This document shows, one piece after another, positions 45,648 through 58,090 of a stretch of 64,000 bases of DNA. Every line of letters starts with the position of its first letter. The stretch's first letter is position 1. Origin of the DNA: Haliotis rubra (lineage: Eukaryota); assembly GCF_003918875.1 (NCBI RefSeq), contig NW_025765052.1, positions 124,001 to 188,000 of the forward strand. Reading direction: 5' to 3'. The position numbers and the translations under genes are program-made. Below the pieces are notes generated by a model. That model did not search any database. It saw nothing but the letters and a program-made list of their open reading frames with translations, and was not told the origin of the DNA.

Positions 45648-47142
45648 ATGAACAAGCTGTACGTTCAACTGCTGGCGCTCAACTCCGCCATCGTCGTCCT
45701 CTTTATTGCTGCCATCACCGTCTTCATCGCCGGCGTATACAGCCATGATCGAGGTACAGAGAGCGAGGGATCATAGACGAGTTTCAGTATATAGTCGCAT
45801 ACCGATATGCCGAACAAACTTTGATGTGTCGAACATATGGTTCTCTCGAATTAAAAGCTTCGTATCTGCGTACTTCGACAGTGTTATTTTGAATGTGTGG
45901 CGAACCTCGGACAAGTCGAAGTGTTCACGGAGGTTCCTTCAGCTTCGACACAACAGTGTTTGACTATAGTTACACCTTCGGGTTTGATACTGTCTTTACT
46001 AGCCAACGTATTGGATAGCCGAGGCAAAAACAGTACGGCTGTCTCTCTTTACCATGACAAGAAACTAACAAAAAGACTCATCTTTAATAATGGCTGCCAT
46101 AACTCTTTATATTGCAAGAAGTTATATTGCATTAACAATTGTGCCTTCATGGCGTCAAATAGATCTGTGTTCCTTGTCAATAGTGTGCGTGTATTGTTAT
46201 GGTTTTAAAGCCTCACATATTCTGTGATTATATTATAAAATAATAATAAATAATTTCCGACTTAACGACGTATATATTTTCATAGTTCCAGCACTGCAAG
46301 ACCATGTCCCCGTGTTAGACGTCTACCCAGCCCGCTGGACACTGGTCATTGCCTGGTTCGTCTATTCCTGGCAGGTCAGCTGGATCATCTACTCCCTGAT
46401 CCTTGTGTGTAGGTCCAGCCCCCATCCAGTCCTGCTGACTCCCCTCTTCCTGGGCATCTACATCGTGGCGCTTGTACTCCAGATCATCATCAACTCAGTA
46501 GCCTTCACGGACATCGTAACCGTGTCATTCATTGCTCTGCTTCTCATATCCGTAGCTCTGTTCGGATGTCTGGCCCTGTCCTACATAGCTCTGTACCAGC
46601 ACGGAACCGTTCTAGTCCAACAACATCGCAGGGTGGACGACGCTCTCATCAGAGGGCTGGTACAGAATGGAATAGCCTTGTACGCTACATGGACCTCAAT
46701 GGCTGCCTTCATCACGATGGCCGTCTTGATGGTTTACCGATCTGATCCAACCATCAACCAGGCAACTGCTTCCTCTGTGGTCCTCGCCTTCATCGCAGCC
46801 TTCCTAGTAGTCTACAGCATCACCGATCTGATTGTCCTGGACAAGTACTCCCGCTACACCTTCACCCCCTACGCTGTCATCTTATGGGTCTTGATCGGTA
46901 TCCTTGTCAGTCTGCCTGCAACGAATGCTACAAACTTCATCTTCGCGGCTGTGCTGTTGGGGGTAGCTATTGTTGCTCTGAGTGCGAAGATAACCCTGGT
47001 TGTTGTCAGAAGGAAGGCCGACCCTGTCTTGGCTCGCTTGTCTGCGGGTGAGAGCGCGCATGGGATCGAAACGGGAAATGCAACCAAACCGGAAGTTTCA
47101 AAACCGGAAATACCAAACCGGAAATACCCAAACCGGAAGTAG
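45648..47142 (+). CDS. Uncharacterised ~8-TM membrane protein, ~320 aa, exons 45648-45753 and 46286 (or 46292)-47142
   Basis: Exon 1 MNKLYVQLLALNSAIVVLFIAAITVFIAGVYSHDR has a phase-1 donor that joins in frame to ORF 46312-47142. About eight hydrophobic segments. Motifs YPARWT..AWFVYSWQ and LVQNGIALYATWTS resemble a widespread uncharacterised 'PAGWTFSIWG.IY' membrane family (from recall). A possible non-coding exon ends at 44178 (GTAAGT). Confidence 0.85.
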
Positions 47143-49006
47143 TTAAATAGGAGGCCGGCTATTAGGTAATGATTGAAAAGAGCTGAAACCGGATGATATC
47201 AAGGCATGAGTGCATTTTGCATATAGAACAGCTCCTATATAGATACATGTATAACATTTTGCATACTATATTGAATTAAAATGCTAAAAATCCCTTTATA
47301 ATATTAGGAAAGAGTCATAGGAAGGAAAAAATGTCTCAACAGGCGAACAAAATATCTCAACAGGTAACATTTTTAAATTCTTCTGACGTCGAAGTAATCG
47401 GATGCATATTACAATGATTAATACTAATACTATGATAATAATAATAATTGTGTATATACAAGGCACATTATAACAAAACGCAATTTTCCATGTTAATAGT
47501 CAAGACTTACACTTGCTCTGGGTGACCAAGGCAAGTTTGAACAAACACAAGGTGACACAACTGGATTATTACTCCAGATAGGTTCGAAAGCGGCCTGTAA
47601 AATGGATGCTAGAAGGTTAAATAGTGGCACAAATGTGACAAACCCGAACTAGTTTTTAGAGCACTGCACAACACGGCTCACCAATTTATTGCACGAATGC
47701 AATTCTTGAATATAGAAATTGGTCTCACATTTCTGGATCATGTGTCACAGTTTTGTTTAGATTGTTATTTAAATACCAGTTTCAATGTTCAATGCAGCTT
47801 TATACAGTTGGTTAAGACCCATCACTCTATCAAGTAACGCATTTGTTGCTGGTCACAAAACAATTATGAACACACCCATTCATGGTACCAAATTTAGTGC
47901 TACCAGATTGCTGTTTCTACAGATACCAGACTAATTTCATAGTTTCTTGCATTAAATTTGTCTTAGTAGTTTCGATTAATGAACTTTGTTATAATCAAAA
48001 CACACTTACAACTGACACTTCTCTGCACATTTTGAACTGCCCTCCACATGTCTCCCATAACGCTTTGAAAGATTAACTAAGTCCTTAAATGTTGTAATCT
48101 TGATCAAACAACATTCTTAGCAAGAACCATATGACGTTCTTTGATCTTTAGCAGAAACAACATGTTCTTTTGTTCCCCAGAAGGTCTGGTGAAATGTTGT
48201 TGGGCATAGAGGCAGAACTGACTATTGTGTGGTTGATCTGTGAGAAGAGGTATTGAATATGCTTTATGTGAATGATTATGTGTACGCATGTCATGTTCGC
48301 CACTGTTGTGTGATCACATGTGATTGTAGTCATGCACGATCATTTATGTATAATAGTATAACATTATACTGTATAGAAATGATGTTTATTTATTTTTTTG
48401 GTGCCTGTTAATGAATAAACAGCTTTATTTGCATTTCTTTTTATGATTGAGTGTATACAGACAGATCACTTTAACTCACGTTGGCTATGGTGAAACAATA
48501 CCTCCATCGAGGCTCACAAAGGCATTTACACACCCAATCGATCGCCTCTTGAAAAGACCCCTTGATCCGAAGGACAAAACATCAAGATGACCTACAGTTC
48601 CTGATGATTGCATTAAGGAGAGAGAATACTGAGTTTGACACTTAAAAGCATTTTGTTTTGTCACAGCATAACAGCTAAATGATGAAAATACGAGGGGGTT
48701 GGGACTACAAGTCATCAGATCCTGCTATGGTGGTGGAATTGTGTATCAGTATAACATGCCACTACTGGGAACATGGGTTTATTGGACTAATTGTTTAGTC
48801 ATTCAGTCTTTATAGCAGTGGTCGTGGATATCAAAACATAAACGTTTTAGCGTTCGTCCAATGTTTTCGTAAATGTCAAAGGTATATGAGCTAATTTACC
48901 GAGGCTCATGAGTGAGTGAGTATGGTTTTACGCCGCTTTTAGCAATATCCTTGCAATATCGCGGCGGTGGACACCAGAAATGGGCTTCACACATTGTACT
49001 GATGTG

Positions 49007-49420
49007 TAGTGGTGGTCCGATTAATTGAAATAATCGAAGATTGGTCGCAGTGACTAAACGACCAAGCAATCGATCATGTTTTCTCATAATCGAACACAAA
49101 CAATTCTGGAACACTTGTTTTTATCAACAATATGTTTCACAAGGTTGGTTTTGTCTGTTACATTTCATAAGCACTACAAGCTCGTTCCAAGTCATGATTG
49201 AATTTATCTTAAAGACACCAAGAAATTTATGTTCCTAGCATACTAGTCATCCTTTAAAGATGTGAATTTTGCCAAAAAAACCCAAATAACTACGTTTGTT
49301 TCCTTATTTCTTTGTGCTTTAACAAATTTCATAAATGACGCTAACCAATTATTTTCGATGATTGATCGGTGGTAATGAACCAATCATCAATTATGAGATT
49401 TTAACCAATTCCCAACACTA
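49007..49420. mobile_element. hAT-like MITE inserted into a SINE B
   Basis: TAGTG...CACTA ends; exact 8-bp TSD CTGATGTG at 48999-49006 and 49421-49428; the SINE halves rejoin across it. Confidence 0.85.
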
Positions 49421-51665
49421 CTGATGTGGGGAATGGAACCCGTGTCTTCTCATGAGTGGGTACTCTAACTAATTTATACATTATGTATCATTATGTATCA
49501 TGAGACAACTTCCACAATACATGTGACTGTGGAGGTCCGATGTCCAGCAACCTATGCATGTATTAGGCGACTAACGGAATAGAAGAACAGACTCACTGAT
49601 AGATGCATCGATGTTCATGATATCAATCACTGGATTGTCTGGGCCAGACTAAGGTTTTTACAGCTTTCCTCATTTAGATGAACTATTGCTGAGTGCAATA
49701 TGCTCAATGACGTATGATGCCCGTTTGTTGCCAGACAACGATGACTAGATAGACAGGATTTAAAGTTGTAATTATTGAGAAAAAACGAAACAGTTCACTC
49801 CACCCCATGTAATGTAATAAAGTACAACGTTGTACTGTATTTTATAGTTGGAGCAAGAGGACGCTTGCAAATCCAGGTATACTACTAAAAACTCGAATGC
49901 CACGACATGACAATGGTTAGACTTCACTTCATCTTTTCCAAAGTAAACGTCTCGAATATTCACCTCGAATATTCGAGAATACTGTATCAAGCTTGTCTGA
50001 ACGTATTTAGCTACAGTGAGTGAATGTGTTAATACCGCAGTTAATCAGCAGTATATGTCTATAAATGCACGGCGGCCTGTTTTGAATCCAATTGATGGTT
50101 CACAAGACACGCAGTCTTCAGTGTATGTACGGTTGTCCATGGCAAACAAATACATTTGTTTGATTTTACTGATTGTACATAAGTTTGTGAATGTACCAAC
50201 TCCCTTCAGTTATTGTGTTAGTGACATGATGTGACATTCGACACAATGGTAATCACTCCCAGTCAGGAGTATACACATGTATATCATAGACGTACGTGTT
50301 GTGCATGCGAGGAGTTTGTGCTTGGAATAAGTCACTTGGACCGACATTTTCACTGACAGGCGGATTTGATCGTGTACTGCTAAACATTGCATTTTTACAC
50401 ACACACACACACTCCCTCACTCTCCGTTTCTCTCTTTCTCCCACACACACAGATACACACATACAAACAGACACACAGACATACAGACACACATAAACAG
50501 ACAGACAAACATAATATTTTATTGAAGTCTCACCTTATATGTACATATTGCACTCACATATAAGTGACCCGTGAAGATCCGGGGTAGAATAGGTCTTCAG
50601 CAACCCATGCTTGCCATAAAAGGCGACTATGCTTGTCGTAAAAGGCGACTAACGGGATCGGGTGGTCAGGCTCGCTGACTTGGTAGACACATGTCATTGG
50701 TTCCCAATTGCGCAGATCGATGCTCATGCTGTTGATCACTGGATTGTCTGGTCCAGACTCGATTATTTACAGACTGCCGCCATATAGCTGGAATATTGCT
50801 GAATGCGACGTAAAACTAAACTCACTCACTCACTCACTAACATATAAGTACTGATAAAATATACAAGCCACTTCAGCTGACGTTATGAGACACACACGTG
50901 GAGACAGACACACAGACACACACGAGCGTGCACGCACACACACTCACACACGCGTTTTCATGCAAACATTTCGAAGTGTTTTCCTTATAGTAAAAGCTGT
51001 GGCAAAATATTTTTCACAAATTCCATTCATCCATCTTCATTGTAAACGACCAAATCTCAAGTGTATTCTTTCTACCCTTGAAGGTACTGAAATTGAGTGT
51101 GAACAACATAAAAGGCCATCGACAGTTGTAAGGAAAATAGCTTTTATTTTCATTTACTGGCGTATTACACTATATCGTTCTAATACGTGACGTGAATGCA
51201 CAGCCACAAGAACGAAATACGGAGTATTAGATATACTGTTCAGCAGTCAGTCGCCATGGCAACGGTGACGTCACACTGCAACATCTCAGCTACATTTGCA
51301 TACACAAGGTGTGGGATGTACATAACTATATATCATTATATATCATTATATATCATTGCATATCACTCAAAGTCCAGGGGCAGGGCCTTCATTAACATAA
51401 ATATTATCCTGTGTACAAAATGATCTTTACTTCGAAAATTAAAAATGTCCAGTTGATGTACCTGTCAAAATTAACTCGGTCTCTTTCAGCTTAATTATTG
51501 TTTAGCTTCAGAAACGTTTCACGAAATCAGGGAACCATTGTCTTCGTTCTCATGCATGGATGGGTTAAGCAGATTGGAGCTCTCTTTATATATCAATAAC
51601 AGATCAATGTGAAGAGACATTTGGAGTATGTTCACTCTCAAATACATGTAGAAGATCAACTTGCA

Positions 51666-54600
51666 CTAGGCTAAACACTGTTTCAGCACAAGGAAAGGAA
51701 TCAAGGTCAAGGCCGTGAACGTGGCCTTTGATTGGCCGGAATATGTTGGGAAGACAGGGTACCGGGTTGTCTCCCCTTCCCTCTCCTCCGTGTTGTCGAT
51801 GTAGTACCACGTGTCCATGCCCTGAAGTTGGAGAGGAAGACGTTATGGTCAAGACCGTTAAATACCCTCTTGAATTGAAGTAGTAGATGCATCCATATAA
51901 CGACTTGCGATTATGTATGCATAATATAAATATTGTATGATGAATAGTGTCTGCGTGGAAAGAATTATAATCTTTGCTGTTATGTTAATATTTGCATAGC
52001 GCCAATATCCAGCTCAGACGCTCAAAGGCGCTTTGTTTTTCCCTCAATCACTGGATGTCAATCTCAGGCGGCACATCGCATTATCAATCTCAACTTCCTG
52101 GAGATCATGCAGCAAGCAAATTGGTTTCATTTAACTGAACACGAAGAGTGGTCGTAATAGGTCAAATAGGCATGATGTAACAACATAATTTGGCATATAC
52201 TTTCTTAGTTACGTACAAATTCTGGTAATTTGGTGTTGTCTGTTCAAATGTATTTTTCTCCTAAGGATGCTGTGATGATGTACACCTGTCAGAGGGGTAT
52301 ACAGAGTACTTGATCTAGGCAACAGGGGACGAACTTTCATTTTCACCCAAGGATATGTAATAGAATGTACTTGGCAATGTGCAATCCCAAATGTGACATG
52401 TTTTACGAGTCGTCAAGTCATGTCTATGAGTGTGGTGAGGTTTTGAATGTACACTGCATAGACAAGTATTTCAGTTGGGCCATTTTGGAAAGCCCGATGG
52501 GGACAACATCGGAAGTGATGATGCTGAGGACCATGATGCTGTCAAGTACTGTATCAGGATCATTGTGATTTAGAAGTCTCTGACATAACTGAAGGACTTT
52601 CTAGCAAGAGCACCCGTGAAGATCCAGGTTAGAATTGGTCTTCAGCAACCCATGTTTGTCGTAAGAGGCGACTAATGGGATCGGGTTGTCAGATTCGCTG
52701 ACTTGGTTGACACATGTCATCGTATCCCAACTCCATAGATCGATTCTCATTTTGTTGATCATTGGATTGTCAGGCCCAGACTCGATTATTTACAGTCCAC
52801 CGTCATATAGCTGGAATATTGCTGAGTGCGGCGTAAAACAACAAGCAAACCAAAACTCTAGCAAGAGCGCAGCGAGTTGTCCAATGTTGTATTTCTGGGA
52901 TGGAACCAATGGATCGTCACATGGTTCATCTAGATTCAAGTCTCAGCATTCCATAGTGTTACGTATTACACATCGTATAGCGCTGCAGCCAAAGCGCTGA
53001 ATCCAACTATCAATTATCTGCAACCCCCATCCGGTAAATGAAATAGATATGAACATGTGTATATACATCGTTCTGACATTGGTCAAAAGCTGGAAAAGGT
53101 GTAGTACGTACCGCGATACCGTTCATTGCGCCGCACCGGTTGGCCACCACGTACCACATCATACCACGATCGACGTTGAAGGTGACGCGGCCGTTGCAGG
53201 TGACGCTGTCCCCCATGGTGGAGTCGTAACGCTGCATGCAGCCAGCTTGGGTCATTCCAATGTCAAGGTTGAGGACTTGTTGACCACTGCCGGCGAATTG
53301 TAGAACCGACAACTTCTCCTCACAAGACTGTGATATAAAGGAAATGTACAGGGATGGATGATCAAGTTGTGAAATGCCACTTTGGGAACTACGTCAGTTG
53401 AGTTGGAGGAAAGCGTTAATGGATGTCCTAAACGTTTTAACACTTTCGTATAATAATGGACAGATACGTTACGGACAAGACTAAAACAGAATCCGGGCGA
53501 AGCGCGATTCAAATCATTGATGATAGTTTCCTGTCACACGTAAGGGACACAACTCTGAACACAGGCAGGATACTTAAACCGTCATCATGCATCGTTAATA
53601 TTAGTTTGGGCAAAGTGGTGTCGCCTAAATATTTTCTTACATTATTCCATTGTGAGGTAAACTCTTATATTTTACCAGGTGGGGTAGCCTGTGGTTAAAA
53701 CGTTCGCTCGTGACGCCGAAGACTAGGGTTCGATTCCCCACATGGGTACAATGTGTGAAGCCCATTTCTGGTGTCCCCCGTCGTGATATTACTGGAATAT
53801 TGATAAAAGCTGGCTTCACACATTGTGCATGTGAGGAATCGAACCCTGTAATATGGCTATAGCTAGCTAGTGAGTGGGTGAGTGAGTTGGGTTTTACGCC
53901 ACTTTTAGCAATATTCCCGCAATGTCACGGCGGAGGACACAGGAAATCGGCTGCACACGTTGTGGGGAATCGAACCCTGGCGATCGGCATGTAATATGGC
54001 TAAAAGCGGCGTAAAACAATCCCCACTTTACAGAACAAAGACGAGTATAGAACAGAACAGGGTGCAGTTGACTGATACTCCCATACACTGCAGCAGACTC
54101 ACCTTGGTTCCTTCGTTAGCCTGGAAGAACTGGTCCTGTGTGTAGAACAGGAACTTCATGGGGCTATAACTCTGAAAGGAAAGAAAATATTAATAGGACT
54201 TAGATCGTTCAATATATTAATAGTAGTAGATCATTCAAAAGAAATTATTTCCATAAATCGATTCATTTGATCATATCGGAAGCGATGGACAGCGTATTGC
54301 CGCGACATGAACGACTGGAACCGTCGTGCGCTTATCGCGACATCCTACACACCCCGGCTTTTTCAGGAAGCCGGGGTACTGTAAGCCCTCCATGATACCC
54401 AGCCAATTGGCCAACTTTGTTTTTTGTTGGCTTATAACCCGTGTTTTAAACAGTTATACAAATATTGCTATGTTTGAATTCGTACAATGGATGTGCTTTT
54501 GAATATAACACTGTGTTTGTGTTCATTCACTTGTTAATGTGTAAATGTATCAGCTTGGTGTCGCTTTATGGCTGAAAAGACGCCGATGCGACGTTACATT

Positions 54601-55912
54601 TTAACTCACTCACTCTGACTCCATTGTTTCTAAACTATTTAGTTCAACGGTACCTGGATTTTTCTTTAACTTACATGTTTGTTTTTTTTATAAATTTAGA
54701 CAAAAGTCCTTATATTCATTAACATAATGTAAGTGTGATATTACACCCCGCTTCCTTCATCACGAATGTGTTTCTACGAAAAGCGGTTGCATCGTTCATT
54801 GTTCATCTGTGAGAACTTCACTGACACATACAGGTGGAAATATTTATTATTTATTGGTGCGTTCTTACCCGAGGAAACGTGACGTTGTAGTTGAAACGAA
54901 CGTAGCCGGAATCGAAAGTCCACGTGTCGATCAACTGCCAGTCCTGGAAGGGATATAGGAACATAGAAGTTTTGTAATATGAAGAGCGACCAATTCAAAC
55001 TTTTCACATTTGACAAATTGCAGGTCCAATCATTGACGTTTTCACGTTTTTCACAAGATGGCAGGCAAGAACGTAGCCACAACAGAACAGTTCACATAAT
55101 CGTCCACCACGAAGTTTGAAAATAAAAGCATCATTGTTTATGAGACAATAGAAATAAATCATTACATGCAATCAACTGACCCTATCTATCTCAAAAACAG
55201 TATTTCCGTTCACATTCGGCCACAGTAGGTCCCATAATGTTGTTGGACTTACGTTTATAAAGCATGGCCATTTAGCAATCATTGGAGGACTTTGAAAACT
55301 GCATAATACATATAGCGCAATAAGCTTCAGAACAGACCCTTGCAGACAATTGTACTACCTTTAATGTGAATATATATATCACAAATACTCACATAACGTT
55401 GGTGCTATAAAACATTTCTAAGCAACTGATGAATATGACTGATGTCTATTAAACGTACGTTTCTTAAACTTTCAGTTACCGTGTCTCGAGTTCACTCCAA
55501 GCTGCTTCCATCTGTTATCATAGTACAAGAGTGTACAATCGTCCATGATTGGCTAGGAACGAGAGGTGCTAGCAACGATGCATTTGGGTTCGATATCTGT
55601 GGTGTTTTGGTAACAAATACATTACTGTCACGACCCAAACACTTTGCAAAACATTCCGGCGTGGAAAGTACTGCCCAAACACCTAACGTGTACTTTCTTT
55701 TTTACCTCAGTCTATCATACGAAACATAAGACCTTCATCATTCCAGACGTTGGGAGAATTTCAGGCCGGAAAGTTAATCTTCCAGACATAATCAATGTAT
55801 ATTAGATACTTACACTAGCTGTTTGGAGCCTACGCTGAGCGACTTTGTAAGTAGCCGACGTGAAGGATGACAAGCAGAGGACACACAACATGGAGAGAAA
55901 GACAGCGGCCAT
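51666..55912 (-). CDS. TMEM145/GPR180 ectodomain-only protein, paralogue B, 204 aa, signal peptide + predicted GPI signal; exons 55912-55814, 54943-54869, 54171-54103, 53327-53112, 51821-51666
   Basis: Phase-0 GT-AG exons give MAAVFLSMLCVLCLSSFTSATYKVAQRRLQTAS|DWQLIDTWTFDSGYVRFNYNVTFPR|SYSPMKFLFYTQDQFFQANEGTK|SCEEKLSVL...WYVVANRCGAMNGIA|GMDTWYYIDNTEEREGETTRYPVFPTYSGQSKATFTALTLIPFLVLKQCLA*. Exons 3 and 4 have the same lengths as in A (69 and 216 nt). Confidence 0.88.
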
Positions 55913-55963
55913 CTTGACGTTTCAAAGTTGATCCCGAAATGTGGCGTCTTCAAGCGACCCGTC

Positions 55964-55969
55964 TTTATA
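55964..55969 (-). promoter_or_regulatory. Putative TATA box of paralogue B
   Basis: TATAAA on the minus strand, about 52 bp upstream of the ATG. Confidence 0.35.
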
Positions 55970-56891
55970 AAGGCAACATTCTACGTGAAAAGTCAACACT
56001 TCCTTTGTAAGATGTAACAGTTTTGTCATGTGTAGCGAATGCTCTGCTAATAACTAATTTGTATGTATCGCATGAAAGAGTTGCTGTCAAATTATTGTCA
56101 ACAAAATCAGGCTGGGTATGTGAATGTCAAATAATAAGACTGTTTGTTGGATTGATAACGTTGCCCCTGTCCAATTAGATACAAACAAGCTTGTTATGAT
56201 TGGTAGAGTAGTTTTATGTTGTGCTTGAAAGTTAACACGTCAGTACACCTAAGATGTTATTGTTGTTTTACCTGTAGGTGGCCTTGTGTATGTTTCGGTA
56301 TATACACATCCAAACAAGAATTGATATATGCCTTTCCGTAGACCAACATCTAGTCTCTGACATGAACATATTTTACAGAAAAAACGTTCCCTAAAATTAT
56401 TATCATAAAATATAATGAAAAAGAGTCCATTGACTTTTTTCATTTTTAGAAGCTGGTAATCTAGACTTGCCACATATTCTAGACCTATATGGGATTTCTT
56501 TGGTATATTTGTCTCAGGTTTTGTATGACAGACTAGCCTTATTGGTAGGGCAGCATATGCTTTCACAGACTTTAACTGAACTGTTCATGTACTTTATACC
56601 ACTACCTTGCCCTTTACTGGAGCTGGAATAAGCAGAATCTGCAGATTATCTAGACTAGTTATTCCCTGGCGTTATATTTACAGGCAAATCACCAAGAAGG
56701 GTGGTGGAGTCTAGTGGAGAAAGCGTTCGCTCATCACGCGGAAAACATAGGTTCGGTTCGGAGTTTCCATGATTATATATCATGGTGGCGTCATGAGGAG
56801 GACACGGAAAAATGACACGAAGCGGTATCTTGACAGTCTGTGGTCTTTTAAAACACTAAGATTTGTGTAATGTTACTGTTTCTTATATAAG

Positions 56892-57383
56892 TACACTCTT
56901 AAATAAACCCGTATGGGCGTTTTCAGCAGTTTATTTCAATATATTTTGACAGCGATCGTCATTAAGTCAATTCCTTTGTTTGAATCCCGTTAATCGTGTC
57001 TTGGTTGTTGTCTATTGCGCGCAAACGCATCCCAAAACGTGTTTGTTATCGTTTGTCATAAACAATGTGCATGCAGAAGGAGTTTTCCACGTAGTGCACG
57101 TGCATGTGTTGGACACATGAGTCGAGACATCGACTATAAACGGCCGAACCAAATTCATCATTTTATTTTGAAACTTAAGACGCAGACGCAGATCACAAAT
57201 GCCAAGATTGAATACTGCTGACTGAAATATCGCCACTGGACGTTTGGAAGCAGGGAGTCCCAGTCAGTCGTTGCAAGACACTTTCCTCCATCTATGTTCA
57301 AGCTTAATCGATTTATGCACACCTAAATACGCTTAATACATTTCCATATTTTGACCTATGCGTTTCTTTTTTTGAAGAGTGTA
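56892..57383 (+). mobile_element. Internally deleted Tc1/mariner derivative
   Basis: TA-CACTCTT...AAGAGTG-TA ends; the left 400 bp is homologous to 13450-13850 and stops within the transposase start. Confidence 0.8.
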
Positions 57384-57559
57384 AGACCTTGTGTCGTTAT
57401 GACAACGTCTACTGGTCGCTTGACGTTTTTCAGCAGTTTTACGTTCGGCTGTTTCTGTAATATTACAACTTGGAATACAAAACCCCCCAAAACTTTGCTC
57501 GTTCATGTCATTAAATTTCAATAAAATTTCTTTTATCTAGTGAAATTTCTTCTTAATCT

Positions 57560-58090
57560 ATTATTTACACAGAGTGCCATTAAAACCGCTTCGCAATATA
57601 TATTGGTACATGGAATGCAAATATATTTTTTTTCATGTTATCATATAACGACATGAAATGCCATTATATTTACGTCTTAATATATTATTACACGGAATGC
57701 CAATAAAACTAAATATCAATATGTTATTACACAGAATGCAATTATAATTACTTCTTAATGTATTATTACCAATAGAGTTATTATTATCATTGTATTATTA
57801 CACGGAATGCAAATATAACCGTTTCTTATTATTATCGCATTACACGGAAGCCAATTATTTTTACTTCTTAATGTGTTATTACATGGAATACCAATAATGT
57901 TATTCTTATCATTATGTTATTACACGGAAGCCAAATATAAATACTTCTTAATGTATCATTACATGGGATGCCAATGCAGTTATTCTTATCAGTATTGTAT
58001 TACACGGATTTCAGTCTACTTCCAAATACAAATGGAACTTATTTTTATCATTATATTATTGCCTGGATGCCTAGAAAATCATACCTCTTA
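57560..58090. repeat. Degenerate AT-rich tandem repeat
   Basis: Recurrent tattacacggaa(t/g)gcca motif every ~40-45 bp. Confidence 0.7.

Noticed and set aside
46312-47142. Membrane ORF as the missing 7TM half of the TMEM145-like genes
   Set aside because: It is on the opposite strand, has its own first exon, and its motifs do not resemble the GPR180/TMEM145 7TM region.
51604-51852. ORF-track peptides MTITSS...HGHVVLHRQHGG (and 62510-62695)
   Set aside because: Wrong frame; the phase-0 spliced frame (GMDTWYYIDN...) is the one homologous to paralogue A.
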